A program made the translations under genes and the position numbers. Below the pieces are notes generated by a model, which made no database searches, was not told where the DNA came from, and saw only the letters and a list, made by a program, of their open reading frames with translations. A stretch of 64,000 bases of DNA from an uncultured Pseudomonadota bacterium (GTDB lineage: Bacteria; Oederibacteriota; Muellerivitia; Muellerivitales; Muellerivitaceae): assembly GCA_963843375.1 (NCBI GenBank), contig CAWJKT010000008.1, positions 32,001 through 96,000 on the forward strand, read 5' to 3'. Shown piece after piece: positions 1-10,350 of this stretch. Numbering within the stretch: the first letter of the stretch is position 1; each line of letters starts with the position of its first letter.

Positions 1-1037
1 GCGGCGTAGAGCAAGAGCCCGTTAACCACGAAGACCTTCTCCAAGGTAAAACCATTCTCCGCCAAAGTCCTCTTTAAACGGGCCTTGGTGAAATGATGAA
101 TATGTCCACAACGGTACTTATGGTACAAACTGCCGCGGAAATAACCCATGTAAAGACAATTCAAGTTGAAAAGGATAAAAAAAGGTCCCAGGAAGAAATC
201 ATAAGGAACGGTGATCAGGAAGGTCCCGTTGTCTTTTAATATGCGCCGAACCTCCGCAAGAGTTTCTGCGTGGTTAAACACATGTTCCAAAACCTCCGAC
301 ATGAGGACAACATCAAAGCCTTTGGATTTAAGACCCGTCTTGGCCAAATCAGCCGCAACCTTGTAACCCGTCAGCCGTTTGTTTTTCTTAGCCCAATTGA
401 GCATCTTCTCGTTGATATCAACTCCAAAAACCGGCAGACGATGGATATTCCATTTGCAATTGCCACATCCAAGATCCGCCATCTTCATACCCTTTTTAAA
501 AAATTGCGAAACGAATTCGGTCAACCGGTCGTAACGGGAGCGGTGATACCATGCCCTGAACTTGCTAACCTTGGTTTCATCGGTCATTTCATCGTAATAA
601 CTTTCATTCATTTCTTTATATTCCACCTCGGCCATTTTGGCCGAACTGAAAGTTGCAATGCGGTTTAAAAAAGCATTTGCCACTGCCAAGATGAAAAGAC
701 AGGAAACCAGCCCTTCGGGCAAGGTGAAACCTCGGCTCATGAAAATCCAAAGCATTGCCGCGCTTCCCAGTGAGACCCAGAAGCCAAGGAACAAGTGCAA
801 GGGAAAGGATGTTTTCATCCGGATTTCTTGGTTGACATAAACCACGTTGTAATAAAAGTAATGAAACGCCTGATTTAAAAATGTACCAATGAAGAAAGCG
901 GCCAGAGCGGGCACTGAAAACTTGAGGGCCAAAAGAAAGGTGGTTCCTAAATTTAAGGCGGCCCCCAATATCCCCCCCAAGATAAAGATCAACAAAGCCG
1001 GATGACGCCACCGTTGGACGACCGCATGTTCCGGCAT
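1..1037 (-). CDS. GtrA-like 4-TM domain fused to class I SAM-dependent methyltransferase (3' end runs off window)
   Basis: Not in ORF track. Manual translation from ATG 1037 is open to the edge: MPEHAVVQRWRHPALLIFILGGILGAALNLG... (4 hydrophobic segments), then KIADLGCG (SAM motif I) and FDVVLMSEVLEH...EVRRILKDNGTFLITVP. Confidence 0.8.
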   Translation of the reverse strand, partial: MPEHAVVQRWRHPALLIFILGGILGAALNLGTTFLLALKFSVPALAAFFIGTFLNQAFHYFYYNVVYVNQEIRMKTSFPLHLFLGFWVSLGSAAMLWIFMSRGFTLPEGLVSCLFILAVANAFLNRIATFSSAKMAEVEYKEMNESYYDEMTDETKVSKFRAWYHRSRYDRLTEFVSQFFKKGMKMADLGCGNCKWNIHRLPVFGVDINEKMLNWAKKNKRLTGYKVAADLAKTGLKSKGFDVVLMSEVLEHVFNHAETLAEVRRILKDNGTFLITVPYDFFLGPFFILFNLNCLYMGYFRGSLYHKYRCGHIHHFTKARLKRTLAENGFTLEKVFVVNGLLLYA

Positions 1038-1040
1038 GTT

Positions 1041-1850
1041 TTATCCTTTCCGAGCAACGATGAAGTAACAGACCCCCGGCTTCCCATCAGCGTTTAAGTC
1101 TTCCCTTAACCAATTCGGGGCGAACCATTTCACCGGCTGCCTGGGACCAATCACCCAGCGGCCAATGTAGGCCTTCAAAATCTTGGAGGGAAAAGCCAAT
1201 ATCATCCAACGTTCATAGGTATGAAATGCCTTCAAAGGAATAATGTATTCGGCTTTTTCCATCTTAAGCCCAGCTTTTTTCAAACGTTTTTTCCAAGTTT
1301 CGGCGTCATCCACGTGAAAATGTTTAAAGATTTTGTTCAAATTATCGACATACCACTTTCCAACCCCAGGAAGCCCTACTTTTGAGAGCAAACCACGGAT
1401 GAATGAATCGTTGCTAAAGCACTCGCTGGGAACCGTGATCATCAGGCGGCCCTTTGGTTTTAAAACCCTGTGAATCTCCCTTAAGGCTCCGTCAATATCT
1501 GGAATGTGCTCCAGTACGCAATTACTTATGACCGTCTTAAAGGAATTCTTGGGGAAGGGCATGTCTGTAGCGCTGGCACAAAGAGCCTTTTTATAACTTT
1601 TACTTTCAACCGCTCTTTTTACTTCCTTGGGATCCAAATCAATCCCCACTTCCAAATTACCGCCAAAAGCAACCTTCGTCATGAAGCCGTCACCGCAGCC
1701 CACATCTAAAACAGGATGTTCCAACTTCTCTTTGGAGAATCGATGGCATTCCATCGAACGCCAAAAAGCCAAGGCAATGGGTGTTTTTTCCAGGTATTGG
1801 CGAAAAAACTCTTCGCGACTCATTGGATCGATTTTCAAATGCTTCTCCAT
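1041..1850 (-). CDS. Class I SAM-dependent methyltransferase
   Basis: VLDVGCGDG, SNCVLEHIPD, EIHRVLKPKGRLMITVP motifs. Confidence 0.9.
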   Translation of the reverse strand: MEKHLKIDPMSREEFFRQYLEKTPIALAFWRSMECHRFSKEKLEHPVLDVGCGDGFMTKVAFGGNLEVGIDLDPKEVKRAVESKSYKKALCASATDMPFPKNSFKTVISNCVLEHIPDIDGALREIHRVLKPKGRLMITVPSECFSNDSFIRGLLSKVGLPGVGKWYVDNLNKIFKHFHVDDAETWKKRLKKAGLKMEKAEYIIPLKAFHTYERWMILAFPSKILKAYIGRWVIGPRQPVKWFAPNWLREDLNADGKPGVCYFIVARKG

Positions 1851-2376
1851 GAAAGATTTTGTTTATAACAGTTTTATGAAAATACTTTTTAAGCAACCTG
1901 TTAAAAGCATCTTAGTTTACCAGTAAAGAGTCTTTTCTGGATTGCCAACTTTAAAATCTATTAAAAAGCTCAACATAATTAACACCTCCCCGGCTCATTC
2001 ATAATCGGCAAGTCCTTTTTTCGGTTTACCCCCGAAGAATATCAACACCGAATCAAAACCCAAACGACAAGTCGTGAAGCCCTCTCCTTTGATATTGAAA
2101 AGGGGGGAAATTGGCCATGGTGCCCAAAGACTTAAACCAAAAAACTTAATGTGATTGACCTTCTAAAACTGAATCGTAAAATCATGTTTGAGAATATTCG
2201 TTTAAGTCTTAGTCAAAATGATCCAGTGGTTGAGAACTAAAACTCGAATGGGGGGCTAAAGTTCATTTACCGCAAGCTCCAAAACTGCATTAATATACCA
2301 GCAAAGATTTTAACGTTATAATTATGAAAATGAATCAACCTAAAATTTTTTAATTCGGGATCTCACGGGAGGGTTT

Positions 2377-3402
2377 ATGTCGTCGTCGAAAAACACCAAC
2401 ACCGGCCAGGAAAATTCGGGAGATTCTAACCGGCAACCAGCGGCCATGCCGCTTCAAAGAAAGACCCCGGCATCAGGCCGAGGCAAAATCCTCATCTTGA
2501 TTTTGATCGCTCTCGTGTTGATTGCAGGCGTTGCGGAAAGCTTGAATTTTTTCCTGTGGAAAACCCCTAAAGATTTTAAAGTCAAATTCCTTGTTACCTT
2601 TCGCGGAGATAACAACAAGTGCGGCTCATTTAACTCATGGGGTGTGGGACCCGTCGGGAAAGACAAAGTTATGGTGGTGGACCAAGCGCACAACCGCATT
2701 TTGATTTTCGATCGAAAAGGTACCTTCTTAAAGAGTTGGGGAAAACTCGGATCGGGACCATTGGGCTTTCATGCCCCCACTGGAATGGTTTCGGACAGCA
2801 AAGGGATCGGCTACGTGATCGACTCCTGGAACAGTGCCATCAAAGGTTATGACGAAAATGGAAAACCGGTGTTTAATCTTGATTTAGGAGACAAAAGCCT
2901 TTACGGCCCCCGCGGAATTGGCTTTGACGGGAAGAATTTCCTCGTGGCCGATACGGGTAACCATCGAATCCTTTTAATCTCCCCCGATGGCCATAATGCC
3001 GTTTATTGGGGAACAAAAGGTACAGAAGAAGGTCAATTCGATGAACCCGGTGATGTCGTTTCAGACGGAAAAGGGAATTATTTTGTGGCTGATACACTCA
3101 ACAACCGCGTCCAATGGTTGGATCAAGATGGAAAGGTGGTCAAAGTCTTTAAGCTTGAAAATAATGTAGCGGTTTTAACCCTGGATCGGTATGGAAGACT
3201 TTATGTATCGGGAACCACAAAAGAAGGAGCCAGTTGCGTAAAAGTTTACAGTCTTCAAAACGGTTATTTAGGTGAACTTAAGGACGAAAACGGCTCTGTG
3301 GTTTCGGTAGACCGAGGGATGGCTGTTAGTTCGGATGATGTTTTAATGATTGCAGACAGTGACCGCATTAATTTGTACCAGTTACCTTCCGCTGCCCCTT
3401 GA
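2377..3402 (+). CDS. Membrane-anchored NHL-repeat beta-propeller protein
   Basis: N-terminal TM; repeated F..P.G/VAD..NHR NHL units; GGAGG RBS. Confidence 0.85.
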   Translation: MSSSKNTNTGQENSGDSNRQPAAMPLQRKTPASGRGKILILILIALVLIAGVAESLNFFLWKTPKDFKVKFLVTFRGDNNKCGSFNSWGVGPVGKDKVMVVDQAHNRILIFDRKGTFLKSWGKLGSGPLGFHAPTGMVSDSKGIGYVIDSWNSAIKGYDENGKPVFNLDLGDKSLYGPRGIGFDGKNFLVADTGNHRILLISPDGHNAVYWGTKGTEEGQFDEPGDVVSDGKGNYFVADTLNNRVQWLDQDGKVVKVFKLENNVAVLTLDRYGRLYVSGTTKEGASCVKVYSLQNGYLGELKDENGSVVSVDRGMAVSSDDVLMIADSDRINLYQLPSAAP

Positions 3403-3652
3403 TGGTCAAAATTTGATCTTATCCAAAAACCTTCACCGAATCGGGTGAACCAAAAGAATAAAAGGTTCCGACCGGATGAATTTTAAAAAATTCTAAGATC
3501 TAATTCTCATTCTTAACCTCGGTTACCTCCAAATAAAATTCAATTGAAACATTGCCTTCCAAGAATCATTCCAACATTTCCATATTTCTGCACCGCCAAT
3601 TCGTTTTCAATGGAGGACGAAAACACTTACTCGATAGTTTATAGAGGGGGGA

Positions 3653-5644
3653 TTATTTTTGCGATGCCTTTTCCGGTGTCGGCCAGGGAATCAGATTTTC
3701 TTGCGGAAGTACGTGGGCCAATAACTTTCCGAAAAACATACAACCATCAGGATTTAAATGGCTACCTTCGTGGGTCAATGGGTAATAGGAAAGATGGAAG
3801 GTATTCATCGCGGGGTTCAGGTCAAAATAGGGGATATTAAACTTCTGGGCAATTTGTTTGTAAAAGTCGGGTTTATACCACGAGCCTGATTGCGGGCCCG
3901 TGTAGGTAAAGAGAAGTAACATCTTTACGGGTTTACCAAAGGATGTTTTCATGGCGGAAAGCTTTTGATTGAGAACCACCCAGGGCTTTCCCCAAAATTC
4001 CATGATCATGTCTTGCAATTTCGGATCGGTTAAGACGCTGTTGTCAAAAATAAGATTTCGACCCTCGACCTTCACCATATTATGCTCTTTGCAATAATCA
4101 TAGAATTTCCTGGGCAAACCATCCGGGATCCTCTCCAAAGGGGGTTTTAAAATATATTCCATATCCGGGGGATATTGGGGAATGCCGTCGGCAGTCAAAT
4201 TATGGTTGTAGTAATATTCAAAAGCGTTTCCGTCAAGGGTGGGACTGAATACGATCAACAAATCAATGTCATATTTCTTGGCGATCGCGGGCACATCAAT
4301 GGAAGGCCAAAAGATCAGATCTCCGTGGTGGCCAAAATTTAAAAACTCATAATTCAAGGGATTATCATCCAACGCGGCCTGGAAATTTAGTTCCCGTTCG
4401 ATTTGGGAAGTGAGACCCAATTGCTGGGAGAAATAGGGTACCCCGGTCGGGTTTAACGTTGGATGGGATTCGGTGGGAAAAGGAAAAGGATCGATTTCCG
4501 TTGTCCGGCAATCCCCCACCAGCATGATCCGATAAGTGTTTTTGGGCTTTTCGGTAGGATAATCAGGGCCGAAACTCCCAAATTGGTCCTCAAATGAAGC
4601 AATGACGTTCAAATCGGGTATGGAGTAAAAAAACCTCCTTTTGCCCGAAGGATCAGGGACAAAACCAATCCATGGGCTAATCGGTGATTGGGGCTTTTCG
4701 CCGTACATATATTCGCCATAAAGTTTATCCGGAGGAATGATGTCCCCCCAAGCATTCGTAAACTCAACAGGTTCGCCACTCACGTTGCCGATGTGCTCCC
4801 ATTTCTTATCATAACAATACCGTTGGACCGGAAACCCCTCCTTTCCCAACAGGCTATAAAGGATGCCATCGCTCGAACAAATTGAATACACTTTATCAAG
4901 CGGGGTAAACGCCTCTGGGGTGATATTCGTCACCGCTTTGTTATTCCAACTCATTGAGAGAACAATTTTCAAATCCCTGTCGGCCACATATATCCTGTTT
5001 TCCTGAATCCATAGGGCACAGGGATGCGGAACTTGAACATTGTCTTTCATGACCACTGTTATTTGACCCGTAACAGTATTCAAAACATTTAAAACGCCCG
5101 CGTCAGGTTGGGTAAAAAAGATCAAATCGGTGGAAGAAAGGCAGGCAATATCCTTGATACCTTCCATCGAAACCGGTTGGCTGGCGCCTCTGGTAAAGGT
5201 TGTAACTTTTCCGGCCTTCAGATCCACAAACCGTAAAACCTTGTTCCCGAAATCATTGACTACCAAGCGGTCATTTGGAAGACAAAGCACTCCGCGGGGA
5301 TCGTTGAATTGGGCAACGGTTAAAGGCCCGTCCAAATTCCCCGCCTTATCCTGGCCAGCGAGGGTGGTGACATCATTGTTTTGGTCAAGGTGGATAACGC
5401 GAATGCGATTGTTACCCGAATCGGCAACGAATAGGCTGTTGCCATCATCGCTCACCGACAAACCCAGAGGCTGGTTAAAAAGGGCCGTATTAAAATTCCC
5501 ATCCTTAAAACCGGGAGTAAATTGGCTTCCCGCAACCACAGCCAAGGAAGAATATAATGGACGGATCCCCAGCGCTCCTGGAACGCCCAGTAAATATAGG
5601 AGCGTCATTAAAAACAGGGTCACGATGGTTTTTTGCCTTGTCAT
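3653..5644 (-). CDS. Secreted NHL-repeat protein with C-terminal SGNH-hydrolase-like domain
   Basis: Signal peptide; GFKDG..FNQPLG..VADSGNNRIR NHL repeats; C-terminal RIMLVGDCRT and EGSHLNPDG resemble SGNH blocks I and V. Confidence 0.65.
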   Translation of the reverse strand: MTRQKTIVTLFLMTLLYLLGVPGALGIRPLYSSLAVVAGSQFTPGFKDGNFNTALFNQPLGLSVSDDGNSLFVADSGNNRIRVIHLDQNNDVTTLAGQDKAGNLDGPLTVAQFNDPRGVLCLPNDRLVVNDFGNKVLRFVDLKAGKVTTFTRGASQPVSMEGIKDIACLSSTDLIFFTQPDAGVLNVLNTVTGQITVVMKDNVQVPHPCALWIQENRIYVADRDLKIVLSMSWNNKAVTNITPEAFTPLDKVYSICSSDGILYSLLGKEGFPVQRYCYDKKWEHIGNVSGEPVEFTNAWGDIIPPDKLYGEYMYGEKPQSPISPWIGFVPDPSGKRRFFYSIPDLNVIASFEDQFGSFGPDYPTEKPKNTYRIMLVGDCRTTEIDPFPFPTESHPTLNPTGVPYFSQQLGLTSQIERELNFQAALDDNPLNYEFLNFGHHGDLIFWPSIDVPAIAKKYDIDLLIVFSPTLDGNAFEYYYNHNLTADGIPQYPPDMEYILKPPLERIPDGLPRKFYDYCKEHNMVKVEGRNLIFDNSVLTDPKLQDMIMEFWGKPWVVLNQKLSAMKTSFGKPVKMLLLFTYTGPQSGSWYKPDFYKQIAQKFNIPYFDLNPAMNTFHLSYYPLTHEGSHLNPDGCMFFGKLLAHVLPQENLIPWPTPEKASQK

Positions 5645-5989
5645 TAAATACCTTTGTCGAGCTACATATATAAAAATTTCATAGGCACTTCCTTAAAAAA
5701 TATAATACAAACAAAGTTGAGCTTCAGCCAAGTTGAAAAACTAACTTTTTGATTGTTTCAAAACGGGGAAAGATCGGTATTTGAGTCGAGATGCGGTTGA
5801 AAATTAAAATTTTTTTAAGATCGCACTTGCAGTAATACTTGGAAATCCGGAAGGTTCACACCTACCATACGGCCCTTGCTTGAAGTCCTCGCACGATCGA
5901 GTAAGGAAAACCAAGTTTCTCAATGAAAGCCCAAGAGATTTCCGAGATTACAAAAAAGGCTCTCGGGTTGGACCCGTACCCTGGTGCTA

Positions 5990-7879
5990 TCAATGTTTCT
6001 TAACCTTCGGCTTCTTACCCAGTTTGTGCCAAATCCCATAAGCTAGAAAACCCGCGCAAGTGGCAAAAGCTTCCCCAGTAATGACATCGCCGCTATTCTC
6101 ATCCACCGATTCGCAAGCGATGCCGTTGTCCATTTTGGCGTTTTTAAGAAATCTCAAAGCCCTTTCCTTTTGCTCTGCCAGCAAACTGTTCACTGAGGCT
6201 AAAACCCAGGGATGAGGGGCGTGGGTGCAGCCCACTTCCTCAAAAGGCTTACCCGTGAAGGAATAAGGATAATCCGTGGAGTAAATCCAATCCCGGCTTC
6301 TTTTCCAGAGGGGATAGGAAAGCTTGCAAAAACCGTAATGGGGCAAAAGCAAAAGGCTGCCTGGAGGTTCATCATAAAGCATATGGCTTCCCTTCAAATC
6401 CAGGTCCACCGACCAAGAGAACATCCGGCCCTTTGGCCCCTTCACCACGCAATACCGGATTATGGCGGCTTTCACCAAACCTGCTTGACGCTGCAGGCGG
6501 TTGATTTTGACCAATAAAAGTTTATTCTTCTCCATACGGTAAATCTGGGCTAAATCCATCAGCGCCCGCCAAACAAGGACGTTGTCATAAGTCACATAGC
6601 GTTGTGGCCAGGAATCATCGGACGGCAACAGCCAAGTTTGGTAAAGTTCCTTCTTACGGTGTTTTTTGGCCGCCAATTCCTTCTCAAACCAATCCAATCT
6701 TTCCCGAACCCCCGGCTGGTTTAAAAAACCCAGATCCCGAGTCGTCTCTAGGTAATTTCTCAGGGCGATTACCGGCGCACAAAACCCATCCAATTCAAAC
6801 CCTGGTTCCAGTACTGCCCCATTCAAGTAACGGCTATGCACTCCGAAATTCTTTCCCTGTCGACCGAATACGTATCCTAAAACTTTCCGGGCCCATGCTG
6901 GATCCAAGGCCAAAATCGAGGGGAAAGACCAAAGCAGACTATCCCGGTCCCAATAGGCACCGCTCACGTAATAACGGTTGCTTCGAGAGGTCAGACAAAC
7001 CACTTCTTCCGTATCGATCGTCACACCTGTCGCGTAAAAACGGTTGAAAAAGGCGTTTACGTTCATAATAGAATCCAACTGGGGATCCTTGGTTTTGGTA
7101 ATCCGCCGTTTCTCCTCCAGCCATTTCACCGTTTGTTGTCTGAGAACCTTTCCGCCGTTCCGTTGTAATTCCCTGGCGGTGGAGAAAGCGCCGATTTCAT
7201 CCAGACCCAACCCGAAATAAAAGTAGGCCTGCCAAACCTCACTCTTTTTCACTTCCTTGGATTGAAGCCAGTGCAAGAGAAGACTCTCTTCACCCTCCAG
7301 CAAGACTTCCCGTCCCGTCGGATTCAAAGCTTGGAGGCCTTTTCGGAAGAAGAAGCGGCTACTCTTGTCGGGCGGATAAGGTGCAAAAGCAACCAGAGGG
7401 GCAGGCGAACGAAATTCGAGGGCTGGCATATCCTCCCAAGTCTTAGCCACTAAAAAGCGGTCCCCTTTGAGGGGTTTGGTTTCATTTATGCTATGAAGAA
7501 GGGTTGACCAGGATATATCCGCGGAAAGTCCGCAGTAAAAAGAGGAATCAGAACGGTTTGAAACCCTTATGGAGAGGACAAACCCTCTTTCGCCGGGCGG
7601 GCAAAAGTAAAGGCCCTCCAACTCCAGTGGCCCTTCCTTCAAATGGAACTTTGGCAGCCAGTCCCCTTCCCTTTCCCAGGTCAGGCGACCATCGAGTATT
7701 ATTTCTTCATCGTTAATCGTGATTCGGGGAGTCAAAATAGGGGTTGCACCTCCCGAAAAAGCCAGAAGGCCGTTCATTCCCATATGAAGCACATTTACCT
7801 GCTCCACTGCCCCGTCCCTTTCGCGGATAGTCGGCAGTGCCACATACTCGTTTCCAGTAGGAAAGTATTTTTCTTTCAC
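5990..7879 (-). CDS. Glycoside hydrolase family 125 (DUF1237; exo-alpha-mannosidase-like)
   Basis: YWDRDS, FELD, PSDD, YDEPPGSLLLLPHYGF, ACESVD motifs typical of GH125 (alpha/alpha)6 enzymes. Confidence 0.75.
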   Translation of the reverse strand: MKEKYFPTGNEYVALPTIRERDGAVEQVNVLHMGMNGLLAFSGGATPILTPRITINDEEIILDGRLTWEREGDWLPKFHLKEGPLELEGLYFCPPGERGFVLSIRVSNRSDSSFYCGLSADISWSTLLHSINETKPLKGDRFLVAKTWEDMPALEFRSPAPLVAFAPYPPDKSSRFFFRKGLQALNPTGREVLLEGEESLLLHWLQSKEVKKSEVWQAYFYFGLGLDEIGAFSTARELQRNGGKVLRQQTVKWLEEKRRITKTKDPQLDSIMNVNAFFNRFYATGVTIDTEEVVCLTSRSNRYYVSGAYWDRDSLLWSFPSILALDPAWARKVLGYVFGRQGKNFGVHSRYLNGAVLEPGFELDGFCAPVIALRNYLETTRDLGFLNQPGVRERLDWFEKELAAKKHRKKELYQTWLLPSDDSWPQRYVTYDNVLVWRALMDLAQIYRMEKNKLLLVKINRLQRQAGLVKAAIIRYCVVKGPKGRMFSWSVDLDLKGSHMLYDEPPGSLLLLPHYGFCKLSYPLWKRSRDWIYSTDYPYSFTGKPFEEVGCTHAPHPWVLASVNSLLAEQKERALRFLKNAKMDNGIACESVDENSGDVITGEAFATCAGFLAYGIWHKLGKKPKVKKH

Positions 7880-7964
7880 GAAAAAATCCTTTAAATCTTT
7901 ATAAGCTTTTATTGCCGGGAAATACGCTGAACATCATAACGATGTTTCAAAATAGTTTCTTTAC

Positions 7965-10058
7965 TTATTGATTCGAGGGATGGTAAGACCCTTGTTTCTT
8001 TAAAAAATCCAATCCTCTCCTTGCTTCCGCATGATCTGGTTGAAGTTCCAAAACCTTTTCGAACAATTTACCCGCCTGAGCGTAATTCCCCGTTTGTAAG
8101 GCCACGACCGCCCAATTGAAATAAGCTATGGTGTATTGGGGGTTGAGCTTAGTAGCCTTTTCAAACCAACTCAAAGAATCACTCATCCGGCCCACGTGGT
8201 AACAGGCATTTCCCAGGTTATAGGCATATTGAGGGTTTTCAGGGGCCCATTGTTCCGCCCATTGGAAACTTTCCAAAGATTTCTGGTAATCCTTTTGGAT
8301 AGTTATCAAGTCGTTGGCTTTGGAATGGGTTGTGAGCTGAGCCTTGGCATCATCCCCCATATCTTCGTAAAAGGTACCTAGACTGTTTCGGAAAACGCCG
8401 TAATCCTTATAAATAAAGTCGCGTGTTTGGTCATCCATGGCAAAACCAGGTTCTTTCATATGTCTCAAACGCAAAACGTTCCAAACATAATCGGCGCGGG
8501 CCTCGTCCAGAACCGGCTTTTCGTCTGGCAAGAAACCCTTACCGGTCACCCCATAGAAAACCATCTGGGTTCCCGCCAAGGACCCGTCCTCGATCTTGTT
8601 GTAGCTGAAATAAAGCTCCCGATCTCGATTATTATCCACCATCCATTTCGCAAGGGAAGGGATAGCTTCCTTGCCCAGGGGCCGATTGGTACGGGGCACT
8701 TTTAAGCCCGGATGGGATAGAAAAAGGGTTTGCCGCACCCACTCCATCGGAAGGCCGTCAATACCCACTACCGCGACATCCGTGCGTCGATGTTCTACCC
8801 ATTGAAAATACCATGCGGGAAAAACGATCGTGTCGCCCTTGCAAAAATAAAGGGCGTCGCGTGGGAGGGCTTTGAATCCATTCAAAACGGAATCGTAGGA
8901 ATAAGTGTAATCGGTCTGCCTTTCACGGGAGAAATGGTAAGCGGCTAAACCGACCAGCCACAAAAGAACGACTCCAAAAACTATTTTCTCAGCCTTTGTT
9001 TTCCATTCCCCATTCAAAATCGACAATCCGGTTTCCAGACCCCAGGCTGAAAACAAGAGAATAAATAAGTGTGTCGTAATTACATATTCCCTGATAAGGA
9101 AAAACCATTCCTCGGGAAGATTCATATAAATTCCTAAAATTAAAATGAGGGAAAACCACAAGGCGGCCAAACCCGCTACCCAGGATTTCCGAGGTGACCT
9201 TCGTTGGAGGATCAAAATTCCCACCAGGGCCAGCAAAAGCATCCCCCCGAATTCCCAGAAGGCCGTTAGAAAGTAAATCCACCATTGTTGGAACCAAACC
9301 GTTGGGCCCCCTCCCGCTTCCGGGGAGAGGTATTGGCTTCTCATAAAATCATAAACAAAATTATGCCACGTGACAGGATTACCCCAATTCAGGATCGGAT
9401 TTTGAAGCGCCCTCAAGGGGAGCAAAAGATAGAATGAAAGACCCAAAAACATCGCGGCAATCGCCTGAACGCACGAACTTCTCTCGTATTTTTTTTCATT
9501 CCAACTGAAATAAAAGAAAATTCCAAATCCAGGAAGGAACGCCACCATCGTCATCCAGTGATTTGCCAAAGAAAGCCCCAAAAGAAAACCTACTAAAAAA
9601 AGACGCCTTTCAAAGAAAGCCCAAAGGATCACCAGGACGAAAAGGGCGGTCAATTGATAAATGCCCGTCTTGGCGCTCAAGGCGGCCGGGAAGGTCGTGG
9701 CTCCTACCAGCCAAAATAGGGAAAAGAGGGCGGCTATCCGGTTCGAGACGTGGAACTTTTGTCTTAAAAATCCATAGAGCACAAGGCTGACCAGCATTGC
9801 CAGCGAGGCGGAAAAGAGGTTCACCCGAAAGGGGTAATGGGCCAGAGGCAACCAAGAAAAAAGATACCCGACCAGAGTGAACAAGGGATAACCCGGTGGG
9901 TGGGGAATTCCAAAAGTCACGCAGGCCGTGACGGTTTCTGGGCTGTCATCCGCATAGAATGTGGGGTTTAAACCCGCTAGGGCGAAAGAAAAAGTCAGAA
10001 AAGCCACAAGAAAGGGGGTTAGCCGCTCCCAGCGGTGGATGGGTGGAGGGTTGTCCAT
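7965..10058 (-). CDS. DUF2723 multi-TM protein with C-terminal TPRs (TMEM260-like GT-C glycosyltransferase)
   Basis: DDSPE...GIPHPPGYPLF signature, many TMs, LNWGNP, GDTIVFPAWY, C-terminal TPR repeats. Confidence 0.85.
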   Translation of the reverse strand: MDNPPPIHRWERLTPFLVAFLTFSFALAGLNPTFYADDSPETVTACVTFGIPHPPGYPLFTLVGYLFSWLPLAHYPFRVNLFSASLAMLVSLVLYGFLRQKFHVSNRIAALFSLFWLVGATTFPAALSAKTGIYQLTALFVLVILWAFFERRLFLVGFLLGLSLANHWMTMVAFLPGFGIFFYFSWNEKKYERSSCVQAIAAMFLGLSFYLLLPLRALQNPILNWGNPVTWHNFVYDFMRSQYLSPEAGGGPTVWFQQWWIYFLTAFWEFGGMLLLALVGILILQRRSPRKSWVAGLAALWFSLILILGIYMNLPEEWFFLIREYVITTHLFILLFSAWGLETGLSILNGEWKTKAEKIVFGVVLLWLVGLAAYHFSRERQTDYTYSYDSVLNGFKALPRDALYFCKGDTIVFPAWYFQWVEHRRTDVAVVGIDGLPMEWVRQTLFLSHPGLKVPRTNRPLGKEAIPSLAKWMVDNNRDRELYFSYNKIEDGSLAGTQMVFYGVTGKGFLPDEKPVLDEARADYVWNVLRLRHMKEPGFAMDDQTRDFIYKDYGVFRNSLGTFYEDMGDDAKAQLTTHSKANDLITIQKDYQKSLESFQWAEQWAPENPQYAYNLGNACYHVGRMSDSLSWFEKATKLNPQYTIAYFNWAVVALQTGNYAQAGKLFEKVLELQPDHAEARRGLDFLKKQGSYHPSNQ

Positions 10059-10350
10059 ACGCAGAGTATTTTAGCCGGGGATGAATTATTGCGGAGCTTT
10101 AATTTTAGGGTCTAACCTTTGATAATTTCGACAACACTTAAAAGGTTTTTTCTTGATTCACCGAATTTCGTTTTAATTATTTATTACGGCGATTATCGGA
10201 CCGACGGTCCCCTTTTCGCGGAGCCCCTGGACGCTTGCCGATCAATCGACCCGGAAAGCGACGGTCACCCGGTTTCCGTCGTTCAGCTTTTCTTTTATTT
10301 ATAATTGATTTTGGTTTTCTGTTTTTTAACATTCCAGGCCACCCCCACTT

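Noticed and set aside
270..1011. ORF-track calls 270..668(+), 616..1011(-) and 637..840(+)
   Set aside because: Shadow frames of the GtrA-methyltransferase gene (1..1037, -)
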